Source: Antedon mediterranea
Lineage: Eukaryota > Animalia > Echinodermata
Assembly: GCF_964355755.1 (NCBI RefSeq)
Contig: NC_092672.1
Coordinates: forward strand, 17,683,237 to 17,747,236
Direction of reading: 5' to 3'
Length of the DNA stretch: 64,000 nucleotides
Shown: positions 40,101-55,100 of the stretch, in pieces
Numbering within the stretch: the stretch's first letter is position 1
Layout: every line of letters starts with the position of its first letter
Notes under the pieces: model-generated
Database searches by the model: none
Told to the model about the DNA's origin: nothing
What the model saw: only the letters and a program-made list of their open reading frames with translations
Translations under genes and position numbers: made by a program

Positions 40101-43100
40101 CACTTAAGAATTACGTTTTCTCGGTTGGCTAAACGTACTTATTGTATTGCCGAAGGTTATATTGATGTACTCGATTATGCTAATTAAAATGTTAATTGCG
40201 CTAATTAATGGCTTTCTTAAGTGGACTAGGTACAGGAGTTGACACTTAAGAATGACGGATCTTCAATTAGACTCTAAAAATAAACATTTTTGCATTGGTT
40301 TTACATGTGTACTCATTATGTTAATTAAGTCTAGGTGGGACATATATTGACCTTTGACCCTTTCTTAAGGGGTCATGGTACAGGATTTGGCACTTAAGAA
40401 TTACATTTTCTCAGTTGGGTAAATGTACTTATTGTATTGCCCAAAGTTTCATCGATGTACTCAACCATGCTAATTAAAATGCTAATTAGCGCTAATTAGT
40501 GGCTTTCTTAAGTGGACTAGGTACAGGAGCTGACACTTATGATTTTACGCTCTAGCGAACACGGAATGTCTGTCGTCCTCCCCTAATCATCCGTAGTCCC
40601 TATTAAATATACAGAGAGTTACCATCAATATTTCAGCATTACCACAGCAAATTTCGTAATTGGTAAAGCGTTTGTCTGCATTTCTGCTACAGTTTTATTA
40701 AAGTCTTCAAAACAATATACTAACCTATTCCAACGATACAGACCAAAGATAATAAGAGCTGTAAGATGACAGACTAACAATGCAAGCTGAAAATTCCGGT
40801 TTAAAAAAAATTCTTCTGATAGAAATCGCCAGTTTACAGTCCACTTAAAAAAAAACTGACGACTGAGCTCGAATGAACGTAAAATGTAACCAACCGGATT
40901 GACTTGTAGAAAAGGAACAGCTAAAATGACCTAAAAAGTTTTAAAGACACATATTAATCAAGTTCATTATTGTACAGTAGTATAACAGGTAAATTAAATG
41001 ATATATATATTGCAATTAAAATGCTTTACCATTTCAGTCTTTGATTGGCACCAATACACAACATGGAATTTTAACTCTCAAATTGTAATATCAGTACATT
41101 ATAAATGTTAGCCACATTTTAAACAAAAATCCTGAAAGAAAATGTTTAATGCTAAAAAGGCTGGTATATTTTGATAATGTATTTTACTATACCTGCACTG
41201 CTGCACACACCAAAAGCTTAGGTATTGTTCGCAAAAAGCCATATTCTGTCAAAAGTAGTAGCAGAAGGCCCGGAGCAAACAGTAATATGTTCATCTTAAT
41301 GGAAACACCAATACTACAAGTAAAAATGTTATTATTATTATGGAGGAAGTATGTATAAAACACAGGTGCCCATATTTGTTTGCTAAATCTTAGTGTTATT
41401 ATTATATATATGTTATTTCACTTTGGGTCAAGTCAGATAGGAGGCTACCACAGAACTTTTTTCCCCCAAATACTTTATACAATTTTAACCAAGTTAAATG
41501 TGCAGTGCAAAAGCGCATATCATATACAGATACAGATCTTATATTATCATACAAATCAAAGTAGTACATTATGAAATTTGTCTTCTTGTTGCGAAAAAGA
41601 ATACAAAACGTGAAATACAACAACATTATCTACAGTGAATATACTATTACTAATTATCTTATCTAAGTTTATTTTTATTAAAAACACTGACTGCTGAAGG
41701 TAGAAAGGATTCCTAAATCGAGTTGTTTTAATATGCATCATTCTTAATCTACCAGACTTATTAACTATAAACTCTCCATGCAAGGGATACGTATCATCAG
41801 AGATAATAGATTTAACTTTCTTATTTATAAGATCATTGCAAATGTTTTCTAAGGGGTCTAAGTTTACGTTTATGATTTTGCTAGCTGTCTTCACTACCCA
41901 ATTCAGTCTATTGTAATCAGCTTTGGTAATACTGTTACCCCAAACAATGCAGCAAAAACAGAGTACAGATTGTATTCATCAGGCATCCTTCAGTCAAAAT
42001 TGACTATGGAGACAACATTGGAGAGAATTTCATCCGTTATCCAGTGTGAGTTCCAGTAGCTGATCTAGATTTTCTTTTTAGATACCTCTCTTCATTTTCC
42101 ATACGATATCTTTCTTCGCTGTGTACAAGTCCTGCCTCAATACAGTCTTTCCATGATTTTCGGTCATCAACCTTTTTTTCCCAGGTGTTAACATTGATGT
42201 CCATTGCCTTCAAGTCTCTTTTACATGCATCTTTGAAATGCAAAAGTGGACGTCCTTTGGATCTTTTACAATTCGCTAGCTCACCATGTACAACATAACC
42301 TTTGGAGTTCTTGTATCATCCATTCTTCTGACATGACCAAGCCATCGTAGTCTTCACTGTCGAATTAATGTAAACATCGAAGGAATGCCACATCTATCAA
42401 GGATACTGTTGTTTGTTACCTTGTCCTGCCATCTGATATTTAAGATAGTCCGTAGACAGCGGAGGTGAAATATATTTAGTTTCTTTTCTTGTCTAGCATA
42501 GATTGTCCACGATTCAGCTCCATAAAAGAGGACACTAATGACACATGCCATATACACTTTGATCTTCACAGCCACACTAATATTTTTGTTTTCCCAAACA
42601 AGTACAGACAACTGACTGAGAGTACTAGAAGCTCTTCCGATTCGAATGTTTAGTTCACAATCAAGAGAGTTGTTATAAGTTTTAACTGAACCAAGGTAAG
42701 AAAATTTACTAACATTTTCAAGTAAAAAATTATTGACAGTAAAATTCTTTTGACCAGTTGTTTTAAACGGTAAAATCTTTGTTTTCTTTACACTTATGGT
42801 GAGACCAAAGTGTTCACAGGCACATTCAAATTTATCAAGTAGAAGTTGTAGACCATTAGGAGAATGGCTGCAGCAACAGGCACCATCTGCATAAAGAAAA
42901 TCATGAAGAAGAACCTTAAATATATTTGTCTTAGCTTTAAGTCTGGCCGGGTTGTACAGCTTACCAGTAGATCTACAATGCAATAAAACTCCTTCCATAA
43001 GATTAGGTTCAAAAGCTCTGCAAAGTAAATCCCAAATAGAAGAGGGGCAAGAACATCTCCTTGTTTTGTCCCGTTCTCGACATCAAATGAGTCAGACACT

Positions 43101-46100
43101 GCTTCATTGTACTTGACAGTAGCTTGCATTCCTTGATGGAAGGATCGGATAATATTTAATAGAGTAGGTGGACATCCAATTTTCCTTAGGATTTCAAAAA
43201 GACCGTCTCTATTAATAAGGTCAAAAGCCTTGGTGAGATCGATAAATGCCACGTAGAGTTGCTGTTTTTGCTCAACACATTTTTCCTGCAGCTGTATAAT
43301 AGAGAAAATCATATCAATGGTAGATCTTCCAGAGCGAAAACCACACTGAGACTCTGGATATACCCTTTCCGCTAATAAAGGCAGCAGACGTTGTAGAACT
43401 ACTTTTCCAAATACTTTTCCACAGATATTGAGCAGAGAAATGCCGCGACAATTATTTTATTTTCTATATTTCATAAAACAGTATACATTACTTAACTTGG
43501 TTACATTACAAAGTAATAAAAAATAATAATAAAGTAACCTTTTCAAGTTACAAAACATATATGGCTATTTTTATACATAAATATCAACAGTCTAGCTATT
43601 TTTAAAAACAATGTACTTTTCAATTTCTTTATACCTCTCATATACCGATTTAAAGTGATTTATGTGAGGTTTTTGTTCGTTAACTTTGCAGTTATAAATA
43701 TACAATTTTACAATCAGTATTAAGTTATTAATTGCATAATTATTTCTATGATTTTCAATACCAAAACATATCCTTTCTTTATCTAAAGTCACTTTTCTTT
43801 TAAACTGTTGTTCAATAATAACTTGTATTTTCCTCCACATGACATCAATTATTTTGCATTCCACGAACATGTGCATTAAAGTTTGTTCTTTTTCTAAACA
43901 AAATTCACATATTGGTGATTCAACAATTGATATCTTATGTAGAAAAGAGTTAGTATAAAATGATACGGTGAATAAATTTGTATTGAAAGTTTTTAAGTTT
44001 CGAATTGATTGTGCATTTATGCAAAGTTGTGAATATCATATCCCATTGCAATTGTGTATTATCAAGTTCCTTTTCCCATCTGGACTCGATTCTATCGGGC
44101 ACTGTTGCATATTTTTTAACGAAATGAGAATACAAGTGTTTACAGCTTCTTTTTGTTTTCATCAAATTATTTATTTTAGAATTTTCAATTATTAAATTTG
44201 ATGGGTTTGTATCGGTATTCTCAATTTGTTTGCTTCCAGTGCCTTGGAATCGAGTGTACAATTTGATGGTAAAGTAAAAAATTTGGTTTAAAATTGTATC
44301 GTTCTTCGAATCCTTCTAAATTAAGAATTCGGTTTCTATGAGTCAAAATATCTTTAATGTATTTGATATTTTTGTCCCACCAACCTTATTTATACTGAAT
44401 TCCTTGATTTCAAAACAAGAGTTATTCCATAAGGATTGTGATAAGATTTCTTTAACAGAGCTCAGTTCTCTGAAACTATACTCGCTCCAAGCTAATAGAA
44501 CGTCTTTATTAAAACCATTGAACTGTTTAAGCATCGCGGAGGATTTTGAAAAGTTACTATAAAAAATAAAGTCGTTTCCAAAATTATGTAGATCTCTTTG
44601 AAAAAAAAGTTTCCATTTACCATCGTTTTTTCCTAGATATCTTTTAACAACATGCTTTTAGAGCTTGACAGTAACTTTGAACATGTGGCATTTTCAACCC
44701 TCCCTTTTCTAGTTCGTTGCTCATGATTTTCCTTTTTCATTTTATCAGGTGTTCCGTTCCATAAAAAATTAAACATCTTACTTTGTATATTATTGAAGAA
44801 ATGATTTGGTGGGTCCGGTAAGTTTGAAAAGTGAAAAGTTAAAATTGGCAGAACCAGTGTTTTTATTATAGTAATTTTACCAAATAAGGTTAGGGATCTT
44901 TGCCTCCACATGTTTAATATTTCATCGATATCTTTAGATTTTTGTCGAAAATTTAAATCAAATATATTATCTAATTACTTGAAACATTTATACCAAGGTA
45001 TCGTATGGGTTCGTTTAATAGTCCATATTATGTTTTGTTTGGTGGGAATTTTATAATCCGAATTTCTTAATGAGCCCAATCTCATTATATTACTTTTTTC
45101 ATAATTTATCTTAAGCCCTGAGGATAAAGCAAATAAGTTCAAAGTGTCCATAATGGGCTTTATTGAATTGGAATCGTTTATATAAAATACCGTGTCGTCA
45201 GCAAATTGACTTAATTTAATGTTTACGTTATTATAGGATATACCTTCTATTTTTTCTGTTTGACGGACTGCATTGCCTAGGATTTCCCCACATAGAATAA
45301 ACAAGTATGGTGATAGAGGGCATCCTTGTCGTAAACCACGACTAAGACTAAAAAATTCAGAATAAAACCCGTTATTAATAACGCAACTAAAAATATCATT
45401 ATAAAAAAGTTTTATCAAATTAATAAATTTATTTTCAAACCCAAATTGTTCTAGTGCATAGTAAACAAAGTCCCATCTTATTTTATCGAATGCTTTTTCA
45501 AAATCTACAAAAAAAAGGAGATTCGGAAGATTATTTCTTTGTGCATGTTCAATAATGTCAAAGAGAAGTTTTATATTCTCGCCAATGTATCGTTCCTTAA
45601 GGAATCCAGTTTGATCAGGGCTAATCACAGATGGTAATACTCCTTTTAGTCGTGTCGCAATGGTCTTGGAAATGATCTTATAATCGATGTTCAGTAATGA
45701 GATGGGACGCCAGTTTTTTAACAACATTGGCGATTTCTCTTTTTTTGGAATCAATGATATTACCCCACGCCTTTGTGAAATAGAAAGACTTCCTTTTTTA
45801 AATGAGTATTTGAATGAATTTGTTAGGGTTTGGCTAATTTCAGTCCAAAAACATTTGTAAAATTCAGCTGGGAGACCATCGGTTCCTGGTGTTTTATTGT
45901 TATCCATTTCATTTAGGGCCTCAAAATAATCTTTTTCGGAGAATGGAAGTTCACATGTTTTATCTTCGTCACTAATTTTTTTATTTTTAATTTGTTTGAG
46001 GAAGGCGTGTTGTAAGTCGCTTTTTTCTTCAGATTTGTACAGTGTTTGGTAAAGACTTTTTCTTCATTTAATATTAGTTTTGGATCGGTTATTTCACCGT

Positions 46101-49100
46101 TCTCAGTAATAAGTTTTGTAATGTTTTTTTTTATTATAATTTCCACGTTCTAAATTTAGGAAGTATTTTGTATTCTTTTCACCTTCCTCCACATATTCGG
46201 CTCTTGATCTAATCATAGAACCACATGTTTTAAATTCATAAAGTTGTTCAAGTTCATTTTTTTTAATTTGAATATGTTCGTTTAGTGTTTGATCATTTTT
46301 ATTGCAAAACTGCTCTTCTAGAATTTGTATTTCATTTTGTAATTTTTTAATGTTATTTTTTTTTCATTTATTTGTTTACTAGCAAATTTGATTGTTGTTC
46401 TTCTTATGTTACATTTTGTCATTTCCCAAATAGTGTTGGGTTATTTTCTGCACATTCTATCTTGGTGGTTTTTATTGTTTCTATAATATCCTTTCACGTA
46501 GTTGGGATCCTGTAATAAACTAGTGTTCAACTTCCAAAAACCAGGGCCTCTGTTGTGTATCAATCCATTTATTGAAAGTGTTATTAATGAATGATCAGTT
46601 TTAAAGCCTGATATAATTGCTGTGTCGCTCACGTGTGCCCATAGAGAATATAAGAAAATAATAAATTCTACAAAATATTGGTGGGGAGTGATTTGAGTGC
46701 CATGTAAATAATTGTTTCTTTGGGTTCTGTACTCTCCAAATATCAATTAAATCTAATTTGTCTATAACTTTATTAATTTGCTCGGTGCATTTTGGATGCG
46801 TTTGTCCCTTGCCATGTTTTTTATCGACGGACGAATTCAAAAGTGTATTAAAATCACCTCCAATGATAATTGGGTTTTTTCCTAATTCCTCAATTTTGTC
46901 ACATAAAAGTTCAAACAAGTTACTGTCATCATTATTGAGTCCGTAAATGTTTGCAATGGTAAATGATTTTTCATTAATCGACATGTTTGCAATGATTATT
47001 CTACCATTGTCATCCTGATAAACATTATCAAATTTGTATGTAGCATTCGGTTTAAAAAGTACACATACTCCGGCAAAATTGGATGTGCCATTACTGAATA
47101 ATATATTGTGCCTCCATTCTTTTCGCCATGTTGATTCTAATTCGCTTGTGCAGTGTGTGTCTTGTAAAAAATAAATGGAAAAAGGATGATCATGTAACGT
47201 CCGACGCTTAAACGAGTTTCTTAGGCCCCGTACCCGTACATTCAAACTACATATTTCTACATTTGCCATATTGACGTATGGTTGTTAAATGTTATTTTTG
47301 GTTTACTTTCTTTATAATCAATACTCAATATATATACATATACATATACTGTATATAAATACATATATACATACATACATACACATACACAATTCATACA
47401 TTAAGTTAGTGATAACATATCTAATATAAAAGTACAAAAAAATAGTATGGCTTTTTTTTAAAATAAGGTAGCCAGGCCTAACTGGATCGACCTATTACCG
47501 CTAAACAACAGCTCCTCATGAGTAAGCATTGTTCCATAATAAGCAAAAAATAAACATACTATGCCTAGCCTACATATTTCCGGTACTTCACAAGTGAGCG
47601 ATGTATTATACTTAAGAAGGTAGATAATAAATTGTTTTGGTGTGGAATTAGAAATTTGATGCATCATTAATAGCATTTACTGGATAAAGAAAAGAGTTTT
47701 GATTTTGATAGTTATTAACCAAAATAACCACGGTGTATTCGGCAATGCCTATCTGCCTGCACTGCATGACGCTGAGTACCGGCATTATATAGGCAAGAGT
47801 ATTGTTATTCATGAACGTTATTTTATTGGTTCCTATTGGTTGATTGAAATTAGCAATATTGTCCAAATATGGTATGTCTTGGACATAGTATTTTTGCCAT
47901 CGTTTACTGTGTAATCGTCCGTCTGCATTTATAATCTTATACAAATCATTACATTAATTTACAGTTAATAATCAATAATAATAAACATGTACATACATTT
48001 TTTAAGCAATGAATATCCCTTGAATGATGTTTCAAAGATAAAACGTTGGTTGCGAACCATCGTATTTGTAGTGACGTTAGCCATACAACTCATTGAGTAT
48101 GGTACAGTATGTTGGCATGTACAGCATTGTTCATGAGCATCGTTCCATTGGTTTCTATTGTTTGGTTACTTAGCATGTACAAAATATGGTAAACGTAGAG
48201 CTTGGCATTTCAGCCATTGCTTTACTATACTGTTCAAAAGGCTACCTGTATTGCTATGATAAATGACTGTTTTACTATTACTACCTCTAGCCAATAAAAA
48301 TAAAAAAACAAACATACACAATTTAACATACATTTGCAAAGTCATAGAATGTCAGACTAATGCAATACAATTATTGTTTTATAGGGCTTAGCAAAAAAAA
48401 TTACTTGTTTCTCCTGTTATTATTGTTTATCTAACATATGTTTTAAACTGTCCATCATGTGTCTTGTACTTGATTACTGGTGGCACACTAGTAAAAGGGA
48501 TAAAGGCAAACTTCACGTCCGATCTTTGCCTAATTTTTTCTAAATGTTTTTCTTTTAGTGTTTGTCTTAGAAGTCTTACCTTACGGGATACGTCATCGCT
48601 TATATAAATAGTGTTATTCTTTAATGGATTTCCTTTCAATGTTTTCGCTGCTTGGCTTAGAACAAATTGCCTGTCCACGTATCTCAACAGTTTACAGTGA
48701 ATTGGTCTTGGTCTCCGCGATGATGAGCGCCTTGCAGGGGTTCTGTGAGCTCGTTCCACTTGTATGTCGTCCCCATTCTCAGCAACCATGATCACCTTTA
48801 TTCTTGTACAGAGTGACAATGGATGCATTCTTGAAATCCTGTGGAACTTTACCAAGAGACCAACAGAGACTAATAAGCTCATGCAGCTGATGTATTAGAG
48901 TCAGGCCTCCTGCTTAAACAATTTCAGTTTGTATACCATCATCACCAGGAGCCTTGCCTGAAGACAATTGCTTTACTGCTGATCGTACTTCATCAATAGT
49001 TGGGTAGGCATCAAGTTTCAACTTATTTGGTAAATTTTGAACATTTCTGAGTTCCTCCTGATATACAGGCATCTTAGTTTGGCAAAATTCTGAGTAATGT

Positions 49101-52100
49101 TCTACCCATCGGTCCATCTGTTTCTTCTGATCGATTATCACATTACCGTTTCGGTCTTTTTGTGCTGTTTTCTTTTGCACTGGCCCAATGGCTTTTCGGA
49201 TTCCTTCATACATTCCCTTCAAATGCCCTTCATCAGCATCTTGTTGTATCTGAGCACTAAGTTCCTCCCAGTACTCGTTAGTGCACTGGCGCACAGCTCG
49301 TTGAACATCAGCCCTTGCTAAACGTAGAGAAGCAAGATTATGCCGTGTAGCGTGAGTCTTGTATTAGCTAACAGAGCTGTGCGTTTCTTCTCAATGACGG
49401 GCAGTAACTTTTCAGACTTTTCTTCAAACCAGTCTTGGTTGTTTTTTGTTTTCTTACCAAACACTTGCACAACAATTGCAGTTTTCATTTTCCCCCAGTA
49501 TTCAATATTTTTGCAATCATCTTGCTAATTGATGTTCAAACTTTGCACATTTATTAGTGTCAGATGTTTCCTTGACATTGATCTTCAGAAGAGGGTGATG
49601 TTTGGTGTTTGGTTTTTGGTATTTGCTTTTGCACAATTTTTAGTCAACTGCAGACCAGAGAGTGGTCTGTTTCACAAACTGCACTATGAAACGTACAAGC
49701 ATTTTTAACATAATTTAAGGAAGAACGGCGTGTGATTATCAAGTCGAGCTGATGCCAAGGTTTTGACCTAGGGTGTCGCCATAAAACTTTGTGAGAAGTC
49801 TTTGATTTGAAAAATGTGTTAGTTACGGAAAGTTTGAAGTATGAGCATAATCCAAGAAGCTTGTCCATTTTCATTTAGCTTTCCAACACCAAAATTCCCT
49901 AAGCATGCTGGCCATGCGGTCCTGTTGTCACTAACTCGAGCATTAAAATCACAAAGCAAAATTAAAGGTGTTTTCTCAGGAATGCTCTTAATAAAAGAAT
50001 GCAGATATTGATAAAACTGATCTTTAACCTCGTCGGAACTCGTAAGTGTTGGTGCATACAAACTCAAGATGACAGGTGACTCAATAGAGTTTGAAAGCCT
50101 AATTGCAAGCAACCTCTCATTACTACCTTCTAATACTACAACATCTCTGAACAAGCTATTCTTGATGGCAAAACCAACTTCATGCTGCCTCACACAGCCA
50201 GTATTATTCCCTTTCCATATAAACGTATAGGCCTAGTTACTTTCCTGCAGTGAACCAAATTCTAGCAAGCATGTTTCTTGAAGAGCAACAATATCAAGGT
50301 CAAGAAGTAAGAGCTCAGAGTCGATGACTGCTGTTTTTCGTGCATCATCTATTTTCTGCAGATCATTATTTAATCCAGTTCTAAGAGTACGAATATTCCA
50401 TGTACAAAGTTTTAAATGAAGCTTTGTTTTATAATTATTTCTATTTCTAATTTTCCTTTTTGTCTTGGGTACATTCAATCTAACTGCCTGTCAGGCTAAT
50501 TAAAACCATAAGTCCCACGCACCCAGTGAGACAAGCAGTCGGTGGCGGAATAGCACCTAACTGGCTAGGGGCTGCCCAGCTTAAGGCGGGCGATATCTAT
50601 TCAATGGAATTAAATAATCCCTTCCACTGTTGAGATCGACCCCTGGCGTCAAGTCCTACGCCAATCGGACAACAAACTTATAACCGGTAACTGACGATCC
50701 ACATGTCGATCCTTTGTACAAACAAAGTTGGAGTGGCCTCTCTAAGTATGCCAGGGCATAATATATGGAACCCTGAGCTGCCCAATTATCAGGAATCCCC
50801 TCTCGGCATTACTACAGTAGTAGTGTCCAGTGGAATGGAAACCAATACAACTGGTACTAGATCTGTTGCAGAAGTTGCCAGAAAAGTAGAACAAAGTTCA
50901 CTAACATGCCTTACAGGACTTCAGCTCCGAGTGAGAAAACTAAACCCTACCAGACACTACCTGGATATTTCTATGGTTTAAGGGCTGCTCTTTTATGAGA
51001 GAGCTAACTAACTCATACTACCATAGGCCTGAAGAGCCTGAAACCTGCCTTACTTGGTTAAACCTACTAGGGTCAAGTGTCCCCGCCAGTATAGCTTTCA
51101 GACTTGATGACAACTAGACCTATGGTAATATTGTAGCTGATACAGGTTGTATCGGAATACAGCTTGACCGATAGCAGTCCTGATGTTTTGACTGACCTGA
51201 TACAGATTGTATTACTGATTCATAAAACATTACATACATTGAACTTATTCATAAAATAGAGACGTTGGTTACATTTGGTAGTAGTCTGGGCTCCAGATGG
51301 AGTTTTGTCTTAATATTAGTAAAAATATAAATATTTTTGCACATATGGCATTTCATACGCGTATTACTTCAGTTTGGATACTCCGTCTGGGGAAACACGC
51401 ACAAGTCACATGGTTTGACACCAAGTATTCATGGTGCATAGATTATCCAGTTGACTAGTTTCAGCCGCATGCGATTGGCTACTCACTCGTACGCTGTTTT
51501 AATATTTGTATTTTAGAATTTTAAAGACTCAACAACTAAGATGATGCGCATGTGCTATGTTACGTTTAGACAATGCGTGGAGACGTACACACGTGTGTAC
51601 TATTGTACATTGATGAAAGTTTGTGAAGGCTAGAAATGATTTTAGTTGTCGATCTGGTAAACATTTGATGGGATTTTCTCACAAGAACATGAAAACTCGT
51701 CTTGTATTGATAATGATAGGCTAGCTTCTCCGCAAATCAAACATTGAATGGATTTATTATGCGGAGATTATTTAATTCCCACCCGGCGTCTGTAATTTCC
51801 CCTCACTTAAGCTTACCTTTCCGAAGTTGTTACAATTTCGGCAGTAATAAAGAACGTTTAAAATCGATGACATTTATTAACTCCGTAATATTGCAGAACT
51901 TTAGGTTTCAAAACACATGATTTTAACTATAAAAATCTCATCTTGTTTCAAAATGGAGTTGGTAAGTGATTTATTTACACAAACAAACACTTCACCATAC
52001 ACTTTCTATTTGCACGACGGATTGAACATGAACAAATTTATTCACCAGGCTATACATATTTTTTAGTCACATGATACATTGGTCTATTAAATCACACAAC

Positions 52101-55100
52101 TGTACTACATCGAATAGTTTATTATTACATTACAGTACCTTAATTTTAATATACTTACTAAAATTCATGACAACAATATTTTATATGCATATATAGGTCT
52201 AGAATATAGGAAGTAGCCCCTACCCCCACCGTTTACGTACAATACATGTTTTACTTTGTAAAGAAAAAAAATTTGTCCTAGAAATTTACGATGTCTGTTT
52301 AGGAATTAGCTTTGTTTAAAAAATCAGTTCGCCGTCAAGTCTATTAATTGGAAAGAATATGAAATCATCTACACATGCATCACAATGATATTTTATTATC
52401 CATTTCATGGTTGTTAAAAATCAATAGTGTAAAAAATAAAGGCAAGTTGCGGCGTGCATGCAAATAGCAGAAGTGTCAGCCTTTTTGTAAGGTCGTGCAT
52501 GCCTGTGGCGGATCGAGTGTGGGTTGGACAGTCTAGGGGTAGGCTAGCTTTCACATTAATTTCTGGTTTGTTCTCCCAATTTCGATTTTGGTATTTCATT
52601 CTTTAATCGTCTATTACTAACTTGACGTATGATGTCCGAAACGATATAGTGGGTTTAACCTAAGCAATTTAACTATCAAAGCAAAGACAACTTGTTGATA
52701 CTAGCGGTCAAAGAAATCAAAACAACAACAATGGTGACATCTTCCGGTGGGTGGCCGATGACGCAGTAAATAACCAAGCGCTGATAGGTTGAATTTTGTC
52801 TCTGTATATAACAGTGTCATATCAAAAGGCAAATTACTGAAAAAATGACATGAAATGAAAAAAGGTCTAATATACCATGAGATACCGAGTTGGTCGAAAT
52901 TAACGTGATAAAGATCACGTTAACGACTTCCTGCAAGTTCACATAGAACATCATGATAAAGAAACTTATGATAATTTCTGAATGTGAACCTAGCTACTGA
53001 CAAATACCCATCCCTCCATTCCATTAACTCCCTACTCTTTTCAAACAATGCACCAGAATTCCTGTTTGAAGTTCTCATCTGACCAGACTTGGTGTACCAC
53101 AACTATGGCAGAGAAAAGCCCTCAACCGGTGCTAATTTTATGGCTATAGCTTGCAGTTCCCCTGCCTTATCTGCTCAAACAATTGACTTAACAGTTTTAT
53201 TACACAATAAATTTGTTTTTGTGTTTTTCATAATTCTTACCTAAAGAAAAAGCATCCGACTGTCCAATGGTGATCCAGGAATAAATTGATTGATAAGTAC
53301 AGAAACAACATAGCAACAGGATCATTAAAGAGGCGGAGTATATAAATGGAATGTATCCGATATGATGCACAACACATAAAGAAAAGTACATACGGAGGAA
53401 CCTGAAATAAGATTAAGATAAACCTGTGGTTTAGTTTAAACATTCAAAATAATCCATGCAGTATCGACATTCATTATTTTGTCTAGTAGGTTCAGCTGGA
53501 CAGTCCAAACATAGGATTGTGACATTTTATGGTCCACACATTTATACAAAGGAATATGTATGTATGCATGTACAGTATACATCATTTTGTATGAAGAAGT
53601 ACAAAAGCGGATGATGTAAATAGTCATAGTGTACAGTATATGAAATGGTGCATTTTACCTTTTTGGTTCTTTGGTAGATCCTGAAAACTAGTAATAAATT
53701 TATGATATAAACAGCAGCAAAGATATACTGGGCAACCTTAATGTTTCTTCCATGATCCGTAGCATAATAAAATCCAATAAAGACGTACACAAACCCTGCC
53801 GGATATCTGAAACAAAAGAAAACTATTACAAATATAACTAGATTTGAACTCGTCACTTTGATGAGTTCGGGTTATCCGCGCAAACTCAACATGTACCACA
53901 TACGTTAAAATATGAACGCCGACAATTATTATACCATCCTATGACATGAATTGTTGTATCTTACAGTATTTACAGAATACACTGTATATGTTATATAAAG
54001 CGTAGCATAGATAAAATTACGAGACCCATCTTTTAAAACCAAAAAACACGATGACGTCATCAAATTGACATATAAAGATAACTATTTTAGAAGATAATTA
54101 TCTGAATAATTACACTAATAAAATTTGATCAATTTTGGGCACGTAAAAGTGAGATGCGCTCTCGTTTAAAAGCAATGAACTTTTACTAAAGAGATAGAAA
54201 GCTGACTTTTTGAATTCAACTGGCCATGATGACGTCATGACATCAGATAGACAAAATTTTTATATGAATTCATATCTACAATTCAACAACTTCCATAAAA
54301 GTTTCAATCATGTGGGTCACTTTTCATTCCGATGAGCTATAACAGATTAAAATATACTGTAAAGATGAAATTAAGTAACTCCAGTTATTCTAATACTTTT
54401 ATATGATGACGTAATAAAAAATACAATTTGTGTAACTCATGTGAAAGACATTTTGATTAAGAAAGAACATATTAAAATCTAGGAGAAAAATGGGAACGCA
54501 TTATAACGTGATGTGCTCTATTAAATTGGATTAACTAGTACAAAAGTGAAACAAATTCAATTTTTTTAATTCGAGTGACCATATGGTGACAAATTGTACA
54601 TGAATTGATATCTACAACTCATTAGCTTCTATAATACATTTTTAAAATTGGGGGTAACCACCCATCCCGAGGAGCTATAACTGATTAAAAATATGTATTT
54701 ATGACAAATTTGCATTAAATTACCTATTCTTCAGCATTTGATTATTAAAGTTTAACGTGCACGTGCGTCGTTATTTTGCAATTAAAGTTCATTAAAATTA
54801 ATGAAATCTGCTACAGAAGATATACAGACAGAAAAGCACAAATCAATTTAAAAAAACATTTTCCTCTTTGTACAAGCTGTGCGTGCGCAAAACGCAAACA
54901 AATTAGAACATTTTGAAATGTTTAAAATAACTTAAATGAATGCGAAATTGATTATAAATTAATTTTGTGCGTAGCACGCCATTTCTATCATGTCAAAAGT
55001 TGCTTCATATTATGAAATTTGTTTTCAGAATTTATGAGCAACCATAACATTTTATAAAATCGCACGTAACTTATCCTGAGTGACTCTAATGTCATATAAC

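Larger units (their letters stand above)
34233..40540 (-). mobile_element. Decayed AcademX-like DNA transposon with long tandem-repeat inverted arms
   Basis: Starts TAGTCC. Arms of ~290-bp tandem units at ~34400-34950 and ~39740-40540 are mutually inverted. An internal XPG/PIN-like relic lies on the minus strand. Confidence 0.55.
41977..51200 (-). mobile_element. Apparently full-length, degenerate RTE (BovB-like) LINE with 13-bp TSD, interrupted by an L1/Tx1 element
   Basis: TSD TACAGATTGTATT at 41964-41976 and 51201-51213. EN motifs [22 protein letters not shown]; RT motifs [26 protein letters not shown]. The 3' end reads GACTGAAGGATGCC. Confidence 0.88.

Noticed and set aside
41030-41131. 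Exon-like AG...GT segment between ALG3 exons 5 and 6
   Set aside because: No similarity to ALG3. The true exon 6 is at 40725-40930.
44975-47269. Largest ORFs (310 and 222 aa) as an active retrotransposon or domesticated gene
   Set aside because: ORF2 is broken by multiple frameshifts and ORF1 is 5'-truncated, consistent with an ordinary dead L1/Tx1 copy.
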